DNA of 64,000 bases from Gordius albopunctatus (lineage: Eukaryota). Position 1 is the first letter of the stretch; every line of letters starts with the position of its first letter. Location: the NCBI GenBank assembly GCA_964276515.1, contig OZ193910.1, forward strand, positions 5,766,001 to 5,830,000, given 5' to 3'. The notes under the pieces were generated by a model. It was not told the origin of the DNA, did no database searches, and saw only the letters and a list, made by a program, of their open reading frames with translations. Below, one piece after another: positions 26,200 to 41,315 of this stretch. The position numbers were made by a program, and so were the translations under genes.

Positions 26200-27144
26200 G
26201 GACTTGTCTTAATACCGGATTCAGATGCAAATCGCGCGATTTTATCTTTTTAATTTCATCGGTCAAACTAGGTTGTAATTATTATTAATATTTTGGTTTT
26301 TGATAGTTAAAACGTTTTTTTGTTTATTTCATTCAACTCTTGAGATTAATCGCTGTTATGTTATGCGTCTGAAATGTAAATCTGCTGAGAATTCGAAGTT
26401 AAGACACGGCTATGTTATAACCAGGGGTTTGTCCCGAACCGGGTAAAACCCGATGTTTTACAGAACCCGAACCCATTTTTAAAAATACCCTTAAAACCCG
26501 AACCCGATGAATACAAAAAAGGGTTCGGGTTTTTAATTCAAAAATATATTGTGAATTTAATATCTCGGTTTTCTCTATCATAACAATGTAACAAAAACCA
26601 TACGATTTTAATTTCAATGTTTTTATGTTTCCGGCATTTTTCATTCTTTAATCAATACTAATTATCTCAAGAATTATTTGTAAGTATTATATATATAATT
26701 GATATATATTAGTTATGGTATGGTTTTTAATTATGATAACAGTTTTTATACATAATTTATGTGTCAACTGTATTTATATTTCATGATGTGAAGTATACGT
26801 TGAATAAAAATATTTTTGTGTAATTTATAATGTGGTATGGCTTTTATTAATTATATTTTTATTGCTTTTAAATCCAAAAATAAATTAAAACATTAAAAAT
26901 TCAATAAATACATATGCACAATGAGATGAAATAATTGGCATGTGAATCTAATTAGGTGCTATTTAAAAATTAAGTTAACTATTCAATAATTTTAATTTCT
27001 TGAACCCGAACCCGATTTCAAAATTTATGCCAAACCCGAACACGAACCCGATTTTATTTTGGGCGGGTTCAAACCCCTGGTTATAACCCGTACATCGTAC
27101 AACGATTTTTGCTGCGCAGCAAAATCCGATAATAAGACAAGCCA
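26200..27144. mobile_element. Harbinger-derived MITE (deletion derivative of the 19641-24444 family)
   Basis: Same TIR (CTTGTCTTAATA.CGGATT) and the same internal AATCGCTGTTATGTTATGCGTCT and GACACGGCTATGTTA blocks. Confidence 0.85.
26422..27079. mobile_element. hAT MITE (CAGGGGTTT TIR, AACCCG repeats)
   Basis: TIR CAGGGGTTT/AAACCCCTG and perfect 8-bp TSD GTTATAAC. The empty site is visible at ~24392. Confidence 0.92.
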
Positions 27145-27446
27145 TAAGTCGTAAATATCTTCCCCATTATTATTTTAGGTCATCTTCATAGTCGATAGAT
27201 GAAGATGTAGAATAGATTTACATAGCTATAAATGTTGACAAAATATGTCTATATAATTATGTAAGTGATGCATTTATTAAATTATCTGAACTTTAATATA
27301 GAATTTTCAATAAATCTATATAAATTAGATGTTAAGAGGATTTTTTGTGTGTTAAAATTATATATTTATATTGTTTAGTCACCTTAGATTGCCCACCCTT
27401 GCGTTGGGAAAAATAAGAAATCTCTAGTGGCCACAAACACAATTGT

Positions 27447-27608
27447 CATAGGCGTAACCGAGATCTGAAGGGAGGTGGCAAAAAGATTAATAAAAATTTA
27501 GGGGGATGGGGGGGGGGGTGTCACAATAATAATTATTTCAATGTTGTTTTTGTCAAATTTAAAAGTTTTAATTTAGGACGCATCTGCCCCTTCCAGATTA
27601 GGTCTATG
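27447..27608. mobile_element. Small CATRGGCGTA-family MITE
   Basis: CATAGGCGTAA...TTAGGTCTATG ends; TSD ACAATTGT/ACAATTTT (7/8). Confidence 0.7.
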
Positions 27609-30600
27609 ACAATTTTAAATCATGACCAACAATGGTCGCAATTAAGAAACATTAATGCCTTGTGCCTAAAATTTAGCATGCGAATACGTGCTTTGGGATA
27701 ACTAGTCTGAATAATGTTACAAATAAATATAGCGCTCGAATTTTGATGTCTCGTTAAAAGCTTAGTCACGTATTTCAAACTTTTTTCAGATTTTTAATAG
27801 AATAATCATACTAAACAAATATTCATATAATTTTATAAAAGCCAAGGTTATTTTTAATATAAAAATGTGGCTAACAAATGAAGACAAATACTTTTTTATA
27901 CAAGAGGCGCCATTTTAAATAAAACTGGTCTATAACAAGATGAATCAACGGCATTCCGTAAGCAATTCGAAATATAGTTTGGATCTTTTATCATGTAACT
28001 AATTGAATATATAATTTCATTACATAATGGAAGTTAAATTACGGTAAAAAGTATAATAAATAATATATGAGTAGCCGGAGGGGGGGGGGGCTTTTTACCA
28101 CCTGAAAAAAAGTAAGCGGTACAATTGAAGGCAATTTTAATTACAAGCGAAAACAGTCGTCACTATAAAAACTTTTTTAGGATATTTAGATTCTTAAGTT
28201 CAATAGAAAAAATATCTTGTTTTTAATTTTCAAATTTATACCATTTTTGGGGGAGCGTTCTTAAAGGGAGATTTGTGGATCCCATGTTTATTTCTATAGT
28301 AAAAGCGTTTTATAGAAAGTTACTATTCTATGGCACATACAAAATTATTGTTTAATACTGTCTTTTAAAAAATATATTATTGGGCATCCATATTCCATAC
28401 GTTCCCTTCCTTTTTTATTAGACGACTTGCCTTAGTAAAGGTGCCCTCACTAGTGGTGCTTTGATCTGGAATCCACAAAAACACTATACTTAATTTTTTA
28501 AATATATTTATAATCAATGGTTAATGTTTTTTTTAACCATAGAAGCACAACTGACAAAATTAGTTTAGATGCCCTTATTATAATTTAAAATTCTAGACCT
28601 ATATAATAATATAAAAAAAACATTATTTTACTTTGAATAGTCCGTGCACTCTTTCGTTATAATATTCATAATTTGAAATAGATCAAAAAAAATCCAAATG
28701 GTTTTTCTTATCTAGACTCAGGCCCGGCCCGCATAGCCCTGTTTTTGGCCCCGTTTAGCCCACGGGGTGTGCGCGGACCGCGAGTTGGTCCATCCCATGC
28801 AGAGCTTCAATATAAATCTAACTTAAAAAAGTAATTATAAAATATTCACACCATTTTTTATTTATGAGCGGTCTAAACTATTTTAACACATCAAAGTTTT
28901 TGAGATCACAAAATTAAAAAAAAACGCCGTGTTCTTAAGATTACATAAATTCTTCTGATGGGTTTAGTCTCTTAGATAAAATTTTAGATCTATCAGCATT
29001 AAAGGTATTAATATAAAAAAAACTTGTAAAAAGCCATTTAGTTATTATCATAAACTTAATTTAATCTTTACCATAGTATTAAGATTTATAATTTTTCTGC
29101 CATCCGATTTCTTATTAAAAGATTAATTTTGGCTGAACTCCCTCGGCCTATAATGACTCCGCTCATATGCCAAGCAGTAAATTTAAAAAAAGAGATAATA
29201 AATTATCCTACCCCTTGAAAATATCTGACTCCTATGAGAATCAGAGAGTTTGGTATTGATTTTAAATATAAATAAAAATGATTTTAAACGATTTCATGAA
29301 CTATATGTAAGAATGTTTGGTTTTAGGAGGAAGCTGTCCCCCCATGTATCCCACTGACTACTCCCATGAAATAGTGGAAAATTCAGCAAAAAACATCCAC
29401 AGCATTGTCATATAAATTTTAAGAAAGTTCTTCTTGTTAAGCTTTCGATTTCGAAAATTGAAGATCTTTTAAATTTTCCAAAAATTTGAAATGCCCGTTT
29501 TCAAGAAGGTTCTCCAAGTCAAAACACAAAACCTCAAGGTCGACGCCGTGAACATGGCTTTTATTATAAGCATTATACAATCCAAGGATGACACAATTCG
29601 ATCTCTCAGTTTCTACGGATAATCTATGCTATAAACATGAATTATTTTTGTATAACTAAAATAAACAAAAAGGAGATAATCAGTATAATGGAAAGGGCTC
29701 TGAAGAGGATTTTGATCCCTAATAATTGTCACCGATGGGGAGGAGGTGGCGAGGGAACACGGGTTATGTTATATTGACATAACAATTATGAACGCCGGGG
29801 ACGAATGGAAATTCCCATTTACTACGACAAGGTGACAGCGCTCTTGTTCCCTGCACCCACCACCATTCACTTCAAAACTGTGTTGCAAAATGCCGTGCAA
29901 GCAAAGAGTGGTTCTCTATTGTGTAATCGTTTTCCATTTTTTAAGTTATATAGAATTACTAGCTCATGTGGGTATGGGTACTATTAGAGCCAGGCAGGGA
30001 GGCAACTAAACGTGATATCGTGCTCTCTCTGTGCTAAACAAATGTCCCGATACCTTTTAATTGTCAGAATCACTCCCCAGCCTCTCTCTCACTGATCCTT
30101 CCCTCCCCCACATAAATCCTGCGTTTACATTGCTGAAGCTAAACATTAAAACTTGTTCAAACTTGGTGCTTCCCTTTCGTTACGTTTTACAATGTTAAAA
30201 TCTTACCTAGTTGATAAAATAACCTAACTTGAATGAAAACTTAAATGTTTCATTCTCGCTAATTAAAGATAAAATATAAATTGGAGTTTTTTGTGATTTA
30301 GGTCTATGTTATTTGTGCAAACATTAATCGGTGCAGCGCTAAACCAAGAGATAAGATTTGGGTGAGTGCTCGCAATACATAACGAGCAGACAGTAGACAG
30401 CTACGTTCATTAGATGCTTAAATCGATAATAAAAAATGAAACAAGATATACCTTATATAAAGTAATGATTTTAGGTCGAAACGTCGTGTAAGGAATGTTG
30501 ATAATATCAAAAGCGGCGCTGGTTTAATGGGAAAAAAGCTTTGGTTAGCCGTGCCCATCCTCCTAATGCGATATGAACGATTATCATTAACACAATTATA

Positions 30601-30966
30601 GTTGAGGTTTAGGAAGTAGATAGGTTTTCTTTGGTGAAAGCCCTACAGAGATTCTTAAATTTAATGATAGTAATGGCGGGGTATTTAAATTTTCCCAGGA
30701 TCAAAAAAGCCAAAAGTTTTTAGATAATTTTCTAATAGGACCTTGCCCGAAAATATTTTTTTCTGACGCAAGTAAAATTAAATTTAAAAATTGTTACCAT
30801 AATCTTGAAGGCAAAAATATCAAAACTAACTTTTTGCAAATCTCTTTTAATTGAGATTAAGCAATGTACACTTTGTTCACATTGCTGTACAAACCTTGTT
30901 CAACATGACAAAGTTGTGTCATAGTTGTCTTAGGGGCTAAAATATATATTTATTTATAGATAGAGC

Positions 30967-31137
30967 CATGGGCGTAGCAGCCGCCATTGAAATTAGAGGG
31001 GGGCAATAATGATTTAGGGAGGGGCAAAAGAACATTTTTTTTAACTTTAGCCATAATATTTATTAAATTTCAACAAATTTATGAATTTAGAGTGGGGCAG
31101 CCGTACATCCCTGCCCCCCCCCCAAGCTAAGCCCATG
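30967..31137. mobile_element. Small CATGGGCGTAGC MITE (hAT-type)
   Basis: TIR CATGGGCGTAGC/GCTAAGCCCATG and perfect 8-bp TSD GATAGAGC. Related copies or ends lie at ~710-789, 31342-31504, ~42110-42182 and ~50315-50386. Confidence 0.9.
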
Positions 31138-33443
31138 GATAGAGCCATGCCAAATTGCTTTTAACGGGCCTGCGCCCAAACCGACAACATAATATATTCA
31201 AACAGGGATAAAAATGATATGCAAACAATCTTGCTAAAATTTAATTAATTTAAATTATAAGATTATGAATTTTTGTTTGACAATTCAGATTAACAGTATT
31301 TGTTAAACTATTTACTTTTTTCAGGTTCCAATAGCTATAATCATGGACGTAGAAAGGGGGCGGCAGCCCCCCCCCCCTAAAAGACGAGAAAAAAAATTCA
31401 ATGGAAAAACCTTTAAAAATTAAAACAATTTATGTTATGCCCTCGCCAATTGAACTTTTTAACGTTTCGCCCCCCCCCTAATCCAAAACCTGGCTACGCC
31501 TATAATAAATTATATTTAAAAAATGAAAGTTTGAAAAGAGAGGGGAAGCTGAATTGGAAAGCTTTATAACATTTATCGTTTAAATAATGTTTGGTTTATT
31601 TCAAATAAACTATTTTTTAAATGGTTTGTTAACTAGGGTTTGCTTGAGGAGCTCGGGACTTAGGAGCCCCACTTATTTATAATTTATTGTACGAGGTCTT
31701 GGGTCCCGGGCGGTTTGTGCAGGCCTATATTTATAAATTAAAATTTTGAAAACTCAAGATATATGCGAAAATGAAAAGGAATTAAAAAATAATTTCTAAC
31801 CCTATATAAGCTATGCTATGGCTGAAAGTGGTTTACCGAATATGTTAAATACACGATTGCTCATTAAATTGCATTAAATGTTAAATCAATTACCATTAAA
31901 ACTATAGCTCTCTTCACTTCAAAAATAAGCACTTTTAGTTAGTCAAGATAAAATGAATTTTAAAATATGCAATTTGATGTCATTAATATCAGGGCAGGGC
32001 AATAGAAATTTTTACTTTTAAATTAATTTTTTCTAACGAGACCAAAGGTAGGACAGGTGTAGGTTCCAAGCTTAATGAAATCCTAAAATTTTCTTTTGGT
32101 ATATTTTTTATCCAAAAATTATCGAGAATTTTTAAATTGGTCGATTAAAATGTTGGCCGTATAATTTATACTTAGCCTAAGTTTTCTTTTCCTATATATA
32201 TGTATAATTATTATTTATAGTTCTGACGGTCTAGAGACTAAAAAACGGACCAGCTGCCGGAACCAGCTCACGTGCCGTGGAAATGTAGTAAATTTAGATA
32301 TTTTAAGGGGCACCATAACAAGATTCGGCCCATTCTAGCTCGATGATATTTTTAAATATTGCATGACATCGTTTTCATATTTTGTATGCCAGTTCTTATC
32401 CAAAAGATCGGTAATTAACATAATTTTTTGACAAATTATAATATTAAGCTAAAAATCATTTCGGGACGGGCAATTGGAGCATCTCAAATAATTCGGGCAT
32501 GACCGGGTGGACTCATACAAGTATTCATGGGAGGGGGGAAGCTTAAATATAAAATGATGGGGGTGTAAACATTAACAAGCGTGAAGATAGACCCGAGTTT
32601 GGGAACTTAAACATTTTTTTTCATAATTACATGGCTAGTATTTTGTTAACATAGTAATTGTTAATTTAAAATGCCTAATATTCAGTATTAAAGAACCACT
32701 TTTAGCTCAAAAATGAGAATTTTTGCATCAAGGATGTTTAATCGTGAATATTCGTCTACAAATTAAAAGAACAAGAAATTATATATAAAAAATTGTCTAA
32801 GTCTAAATATGTGTTCAAAAGGAAAACTGTGGATGTGAATAAAATAGTCAATAGGTGATATACTATGAAGGGTTTCTCTTGATGCATATTATATCCAAAG
32901 ACTGGTGAACAGCTTTCATATATGTTCAATTATTTAAAAAAGGATGGCGAGAAGCAAATTTGTAGAGGTCAAGCTGCGCGCATTTTTTAAAAACCGCCAG
33001 GGATGGTACACTCTAACTAATAATTGTAAATTTTAATGCAACATAATAATGGCGCACAAACCTAGACAGATGCGTTTGTTTATTCAAACCATTAGTGATC
33101 AGCCAACACACATGGATGTTTGTAAAAAGGTTTGTGTTTAAAATTTCTTGAATATAAAAAAATAAATTTTAAAAAACATGCATTTTATTAAATAAATATA
33201 AAAAACATATATTAAAAATTTAGCAAATATATCTAAATGACGACATATACTTGAATCAGGTCATATAAAAGCTATCAGACATCACAATACACAAATATAC
33301 AAAAGTATGGAGTGGTAGGTATATAAATATGGGTAAAAATGCAGTTAATTTTTTTAATTTAATTAAGAGATTATACTTTAGCATCTTAAAATGTTGAGTA
33401 AATTAATGCCTTCAAAGATATGTATGGTAGATAGATATGCAGG

Positions 33444-34944
<1,501 letters not shown>

Positions 34945-35887
34945 TATAAGAATAATTTATAAAAAAAAATCAAACAATATGACGGAAGTAAGGCGCAGTA
35001 ATATGAGATGGTTAAATTTTAATTCAGTGGTTGATTTGATAAAACAGTATGTTGCACAGAATATTTAATTTAAAAAATATGAAGATAGTAAATATTATTT
35101 AAAACCTGAAATCTTACAATTATTAAAATAATTTATGAATTTAAGGCATCTTTATATTTTTTTATGGCAAATTAATCAATTTTGAATATAATTTACCCCA
35201 ATTTTATTCATTGAAAAATTTTTGAGGTTTAAATAATTATCCAAACCCGCATTTTCAATGCAGCTTAACCTAATATGACTATTATGAGCTTTCAATGAAG
35301 GATTTTATTCAAGTTAACTCTAGCTCTACAAAAGTTAGAAGCGCCGTCTTTTCATTTAAAAATGCAATTCTTTTGGTCATCCTAAGAATTATAAAACTTC
35401 CACTAAGAGTAATTCAACATTTTAGAATTTCATTATAATAAATCTAATATAACTCTAATTGTTTTTCATAATTTATCTAAATGTTTACTTAGAGCAATTT
35501 TTGTAAAAATAAAACATCAAAGTTTGAGTATTAAAAATTGCTATAGGATTAACTAAACTAAATGCCGGAGAAGTATTCACTAGTCCAAAATTTCTCATCC
35601 AGCCTCGTAGATTCAACCAATATTCCTAAAATACATTTTTTATTGATAATATTATGTATTTAATATTTAAATACATCCCATAGACAATATTTTATAATTT
35701 ATCAATACTAATTTGTGCTTTCAAGTTTTTCCTTCCATATTTATAATATTTGAAGAAATATTTTGTACTTGTTATTTTTTCAAATACCTAAGTAGGTTTA
35801 AACTTTTAATTGCTAAATGTTTAATTCAAATGCTTAATATTTTTTAAAAACAAAAACATGTTATCATTCGAAATTTATTTATCTATC

Positions 35888-37500
35888 TGATGTGCATATA
35901 TCTTCCCTTCCCCCCCCCCTTCTCTCATTCCTTCCCTCTCTTTTACGCTCGCTTATATTAATATACGCGTTAATGTTGGTGCCGCTTGCTAGCACAGATG
36001 GCGCTAGCAAGCGCACGCACGATATAATATATAAACTGTTAGACATAATCGCATTAAGACTTTATTTGCGTTCTCGATAGAAATGAAATCGATGATCATA
36101 TTAATACCTTAAATAAATGCTTGAAATTATGTTATTTATTAATTACTATGTTAATAACGCATTACATAGTTAAAAATCATTTAATTTAAAAAAATATTAA
36201 AGCTGTATTTTGTTTTGATCTTTTAATTATGTTTAGTTCTAAAATGCATGTTTTTTTTACCATTTTAAGCGTGATTCATTATTTTTTTTGCCAAAGTGCC
36301 ATGAAGAAGCGCCGATTATATATAATTCGGGGAAACCCTAAAGCAATTCTTAGAAAATTGGCGTGATGATCGAAAAGTGGCTTTTTGACAACAACGCGTT
36401 GTTACGTAACTTATGGTTGATATTTCCTTGTATAAAGCAGTGTAAAATATAGCTTTGTCAGCTATATAAAGTATTTGCCTTTAATGAGGGTGTGATTAAT
36501 CCAGGTTGTGAGTTATAGGAGCCAAGAACTTTAGCCGCTGTGTTATCCTGCTAAAATGTGCCCAGCATCGTTTCACTTGGTGTTTTAAGGGTGTCCGATA
36601 CCTAGGAAAATGGCAAACCGCGGTTGATTATCGGTGCGTCATATTAGTCCGATGAAAGGTAATACCATCGTGGTCGAGCCCAAAGGTACCGATGCTTCAC
36701 TTTTCAAGGTCTGTGGAGGCGTCTTTTATTGTCAGCCAATTTTTAAATTTTGCAGCTAATTATTCATGTTTAGTGTTATAATAACGAGTCTGTTAAAACT
36801 TGGCTAGGAACTCTTTGTGGATAAATATATATTTGGGCAATGATACTGATAGCTAATATTTGTCTAGTGTAACTATCCATTAACTATGGGCCCTTTTTGG
36901 CTAACAATTTTAAATTGATTGCAGATGTATTAAATAATTGGGCCTATGAGGGTACCTTATCTAATAGATGGTTAGTCATTCGCTCCCAATCAATATTTAA
37001 TTTTTTACTATCACTGCTACTACCCCCTTACTTTCTCGATACCCGACAATCGCCAGATTATTATGGTTAATGACGAAATCTCAACTAATAGAATACAAAC
37101 TCACAGAATACGACGTTTGCTGTCTGTTAAAGACTCAACTCCGAAGATCCTGCCGATGGACACGTTGTTTGCTAGCGGTCAGCACCAATGTAAGAAGAAT
37201 TAATCTTATAGGGGATGTTGTCGTGAATAAATCTTACTTTGCCTTCATTTTCCTTCCTTCTTTTTCTTCCCTCTCTCAGTCACTTATAATGATTTACGCT
37301 TAATTATAATGCCGTTTAGCACAGATGCTACAGCAAGCTAATGATATAATCTTTTGTCGTGGTGAACCTTTTTTGTTAGATATATTTACAGTAAGATATT
37401 ATTCGCGTTCTAGAAAGAAATAAACCATGATACTAATGTTTTCATCATTAAATAAATGCATATAAGTCTGTTATTCTTAAATTACTTTAATATTTAAATA
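35888..37500 (+). mobile_element. Pair of diverged LTR-like repeats (35888-36166 and 37216-37500) around a decayed internal region
   Basis: Both start with TG and share a pyrimidine tract, TAGCACAGATG, GCGTTCT..ATAGAAAT-like and TTAAATAAATGC blocks. AGGGGA (PPT-like) and an LRRSCR Gypsy-like tail precede the second copy. Confidence 0.5.
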
Positions 37501-37863
37501 TGGCAGCCAAAATTATGCAATCTGTAAAATCTTATCTTGCATATGTATTTCATTCCACATTCGTGTGGATTTTGTTTTAATAAGTTTTTTGACCTAACGC
37601 TAGTCTATTGGCGCGCTAGTCTTTTTACTTTCGCAACTAGAATTAAATTTTTGACCTCGCCCGAGCCCAAATTCTATTGATGTTTATGGGCCCGACTGAT
37701 AAGCTTTATAAAAAAATTTTTTACAACTTGCCTAGGTTATTGCTATATATTGGATACTTGCTAAACTGGCCCAATAATTCCCGGCAAATGGATGATGACC
37801 GTTGCTTTCTTCGACATTATCTGAACCCGGCCAAATGCCTAAATTATGGTTAATAGCTATTTA

Positions 37864-38629
37864 AAACCAGGGGTTTCGTCTAAGACGCGAAGCGACGTAA
37901 TTAACATAAAATACAAACAGCTGTAGCGAAATTTATATATAAGATAAGTGTGATGAATAATGGAAAGGTGTATAAAGGTGCGTGGACGCGTGAAATGCCA
38001 AAGAGCATCAAGAAACCAGGGGTTTCCTTTATATACGTATGCAGAGAGTGCATGCGGGGGTTAGTTCTGTTCTGACGTTTCATTTTCACGTATTTCGCCA
38101 CCTGACCAGGTATACCAATCAAAGAGCTCCTCTTCCTCGTCAAAGACGTCCCGAATCGTCTCGCTCTGCCGTGGTTGTCCCGAGATGATTGACGGAACCA
38201 TGTACCTATCTGGCGGTAGCCACATACGGGATGGGTAGTCCGCTGGGTTTTCGTCCGTCGGTATCCATTGGATGTTGTATCGGATTGCTAGCAAGGCCTG
38301 TAGTCCATATTCTTTGGTGAACCGCGAGATTAGCTCCTCGATGATCGGGGAGTTCGATCCTCCTTTCATCAGCACATAGTAAGCTGTCGTCGAATCCGTT
38401 CGGATGCGGGGAAAGGCTTGACTCCGTATTTGGCGACCAGGTACCCGTAAAGGGCTCCTAAGGTTTTGCACAGTGTAATGTGGGGGTCCTCGGGTAACGT
38501 GAAGTTGAATGCACTTGCAGCGTCAGCGAAGGAGATTGAGAGGTTTTTGTCGTCCCGTGTGACGCCGATGTGCTCGCTCGAGGCGTCCGTGTACATCACG
38601 ACATCAGGAGGTATATATAATGGTACGCG
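37864..38629 (-). mobile_element. RNase H fragment of a DIRS/hepadnavirus-type retroelement with terminal direct repeats
   Basis: YTDAS...HITLCKTLGAL...(frameshift)...IRTDSTTAY...WIPTDENPADYPSR. Stop at 38061, then two copies of GAAACCCCTGGTTT. Confidence 0.75.
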
Positions 38630-39240
38630 TTACGGATTAAGGGTAACCCTGAAATCAATACAAAGCCGTAGAGACCCGTCGACCTTCTTAACTGGAACCA
38701 GAGGCGTCGCCCACTCGCTATATTCGATGGGAGTAACTATCCTTTGTTCAATCCAGTCCCGCAGAACCGCATTCACCTTGTCCCGCCATATGAACGGAAT
38801 GCGCCTATTTGGACAAAATTTGGGATAGGCCCCACGTTTAGGTCTCACCTCATATTCATAGCCATTTAAACAACCTAAACCTTCAGAAAAAACTGAAGTG
38901 TAGCTCCTAACTAAATTACGAAAATTTAATTGCCACATACCCATGTCGCCGAAATAAATAAAAGTGTCTGTAGACGCCGCACCCGTAGGTGTCACACCCG
39001 AAGGCGTATCGACGCTTAGCGTCGTAAATGGTCTCACAACAAATGTCGTATTTTCGGCACTACTTGAGAGCTCAATATTACATATCATTGCTTCCCAACC
39101 TGTGCCAGAGTTCTCGCTAGGAGCTAACAAACAATTAGGGGCTATTTCCTTTAATGAATCACAGAGACTAAACCACCTAACATGGGGACCTATCACCTGC
39201 AACCAATCCCAACCCATTAAAGGATCGATACATTAACAAT
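38630..39240 (-). mobile_element. Gypsy (Mag-like) protease tail and RT N-terminus fragment
   Basis: GWDWL...YTSVFSEGLG...RRIPF...SEWATPLVPVKKVDGSLRLCIDFRVTLNP. Confidence 0.92.
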
Positions 39241-39368
39241 GTCCGTCGCGTGTCGCCAGCCGCCACCTCAACGCTGCCTTTACTCACTAACTCTACCGCC
39301 GCACCATTTAATTGGCGGCCATTAAAAAAGGACGGGAAATCTTTTTATTAGGCCAAAGGTTATTAAAC

Positions 39369-41310
39369 TGTATTCGTTAAATACAACATATCGATTAGTA
39401 GAACAAGAACATCATATGGTTATCCAACATATACACCAGGAATATAGAACTAGCAGATATTATATATAACGTGTATTTGAAACATAAAGTATAATCGTAG
39501 CATTTCCCTTCGCCGTCTATAAAGCCTACATTTCTTCTATCAAACGACTCGGGGTTTTCTATTTCTCTCCGATTTCCTTTGAGTGGTCTGGCTTTCTGAA
39601 TCTTCAACGTTTGAGGTCGGAGTAGATGCGATGTCGTCAGCACTATCGTCTTCAGTTTCTTCCGGCCTGTTGGTATCAATGGCACTTGTAAGATCTCTCA
39701 ACTGATCACTATGTTTCCGCATGTTTTTATTTAGTGTTTCCACTAAGTACGACCATGGACCGTTACGTTTAATTATCTTCCCTGCTCTCCAACCATTATT
39801 CACTTTGTTTTTTACCCATACTAATTGACCAGGAATGAATTCTCTATTTGTCGCATGCGCATCATGTCTCTTTTCCTGTTCGTCAATTTTCTGTTCCATA
39901 AATTTGTTTTGATAGGACGTACCCAGTCCAACGACGTTTTGATATTTCTTCCAATTAACGCTTTTGATGGTGATCTTCCTGAATAAGAGTGTTCACTGAT
40001 GCGGTAGCTGATGAGAACCTTCATCATGCAATCTTCCGGATCAGAGTTGCATTCGCGTGCAGCTGCATAACGTGATTTCAAAGTCCTAATGACTCTTTCG
40101 ACGAGGCCATTGGTTTTTGGGTGATATAGTGCTGCTTTAATGTGCTTAATATGGTTTTGGGCGCAAAATACTTCCATGTCCTCTCTTCGAAACTGAGGCC
40201 CATTGTCTGTTACCATTTGCTTGGGAACTCCCCACCTCGCAAACCACTCTCGTAATTTCTTTAATGTGACTTAAATAGTTGAACTTCGCGATAACGCAGT
40301 TTCGATCCATTTTGAATACGAATCCACAGCAACCAGCCAATAATATCCGTCTACCGGACCCTCATCATCTACGTGTACCCTATCCCATGGGTTTTCAGTC
40401 GCCTTCCAGGAATTCAGTGGAACTTCGGGTTGATTGCTTCTATTTTTCTGACACCCAACACATGTCTGCACGTGCCTTTCGATATCTTTATCTAGGTGTG
40501 GCCAATAAACGTATAACCTGGCGATGGATTTAATTGAATTAATCCCTGGATGACCCCTATAAATTATAGTCAAAACTCGTTGCCTAAGTCGTGATGGGAC
40601 AATTATCAACCCGTTAATGTAAATGAATCTCGTTCTTTCTATCGGAGAATACCTGCAGTTCCTTGCTAACACTATTTTTGTTCGTTGACCAACCTTTGTC
40701 TATAAATCTTTTTACAATTCTTAGATTCGGATCATTTTGTGATTCCCTCATTAGCGTTTCTTCTGTGAGATGTAGTTCTTGCAAATTAAGGAGACGAATA
40801 TGATTCGTTGAATTACTTTTATAAAAGTTGACCTTATACGCATAAGTCTCCGGCACTGGTAAGCGTGATAATGCGTCAGCACATACATTCTCTTTTCCAG
40901 GAATGTATTCAATATTATAGTCATAAGACAAAAAATACATACATACATAGTTATAAGCGGACATCTTCCATGCCCACCTAACTAGCCGATTATTGCTTAC
41001 CTTAGGTAAATCTCGTGTGGCTCCAAATATTCTTTCAAGAGGTTTGTGGTCGGTCCTTAAGACAAATCTACGGCCTAGAAAGTATGTATGAAATTTTTCC
41101 ATGCCAAAAACCAAGGCCTTTGCTTCCCTGTCAATCGGTGCATATTGTTTCTCTCCATCAATTAGTGTTATTCTTGACGCATATGCGATTGGTCTTTTAC
41201 TATTTTCTATTAAATGAAAGAGTACAGCTCCAAATTCATTTCCCGAAGCATCGCATTCAAGAATTAATGGTAGTTCATTCGAGTAACGGTACTAAAGTTG
41301 CCTGTTCTGA
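39369..41310 (-). mobile_element. Gypsy RNase H-integrase remnant with PPT and 3' LTR start
   Basis: TDHKPL, ADALSR, GHPG...C..C, RVHVD, TDNGPQF, YHPKTNGLVER; several frameshifts. PPT GGCGAAGGGAAA precedes TGCTACG at 39502. The LTR's far end is uncertain. Confidence 0.92.
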
Positions 41311-41315
41311 TAGCT

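Noticed and set aside
30460..30490. Penelope-type minimal hammerhead (GTCGAAACGTCG)
   Set aside because: The CTGANGA core is absent and no Penelope ORF is nearby.
35220..35780. Extra exons upstream of tubulin
   Set aside because: Only short open stretches with no recognisable motif or coherent splice phase.
39288..39306. PBS (TGGTGCGGCGG) implying a tandem LTR element
   Set aside because: It is not adjacent to a clear CA LTR end and I could not match it to a tRNA 3' end.
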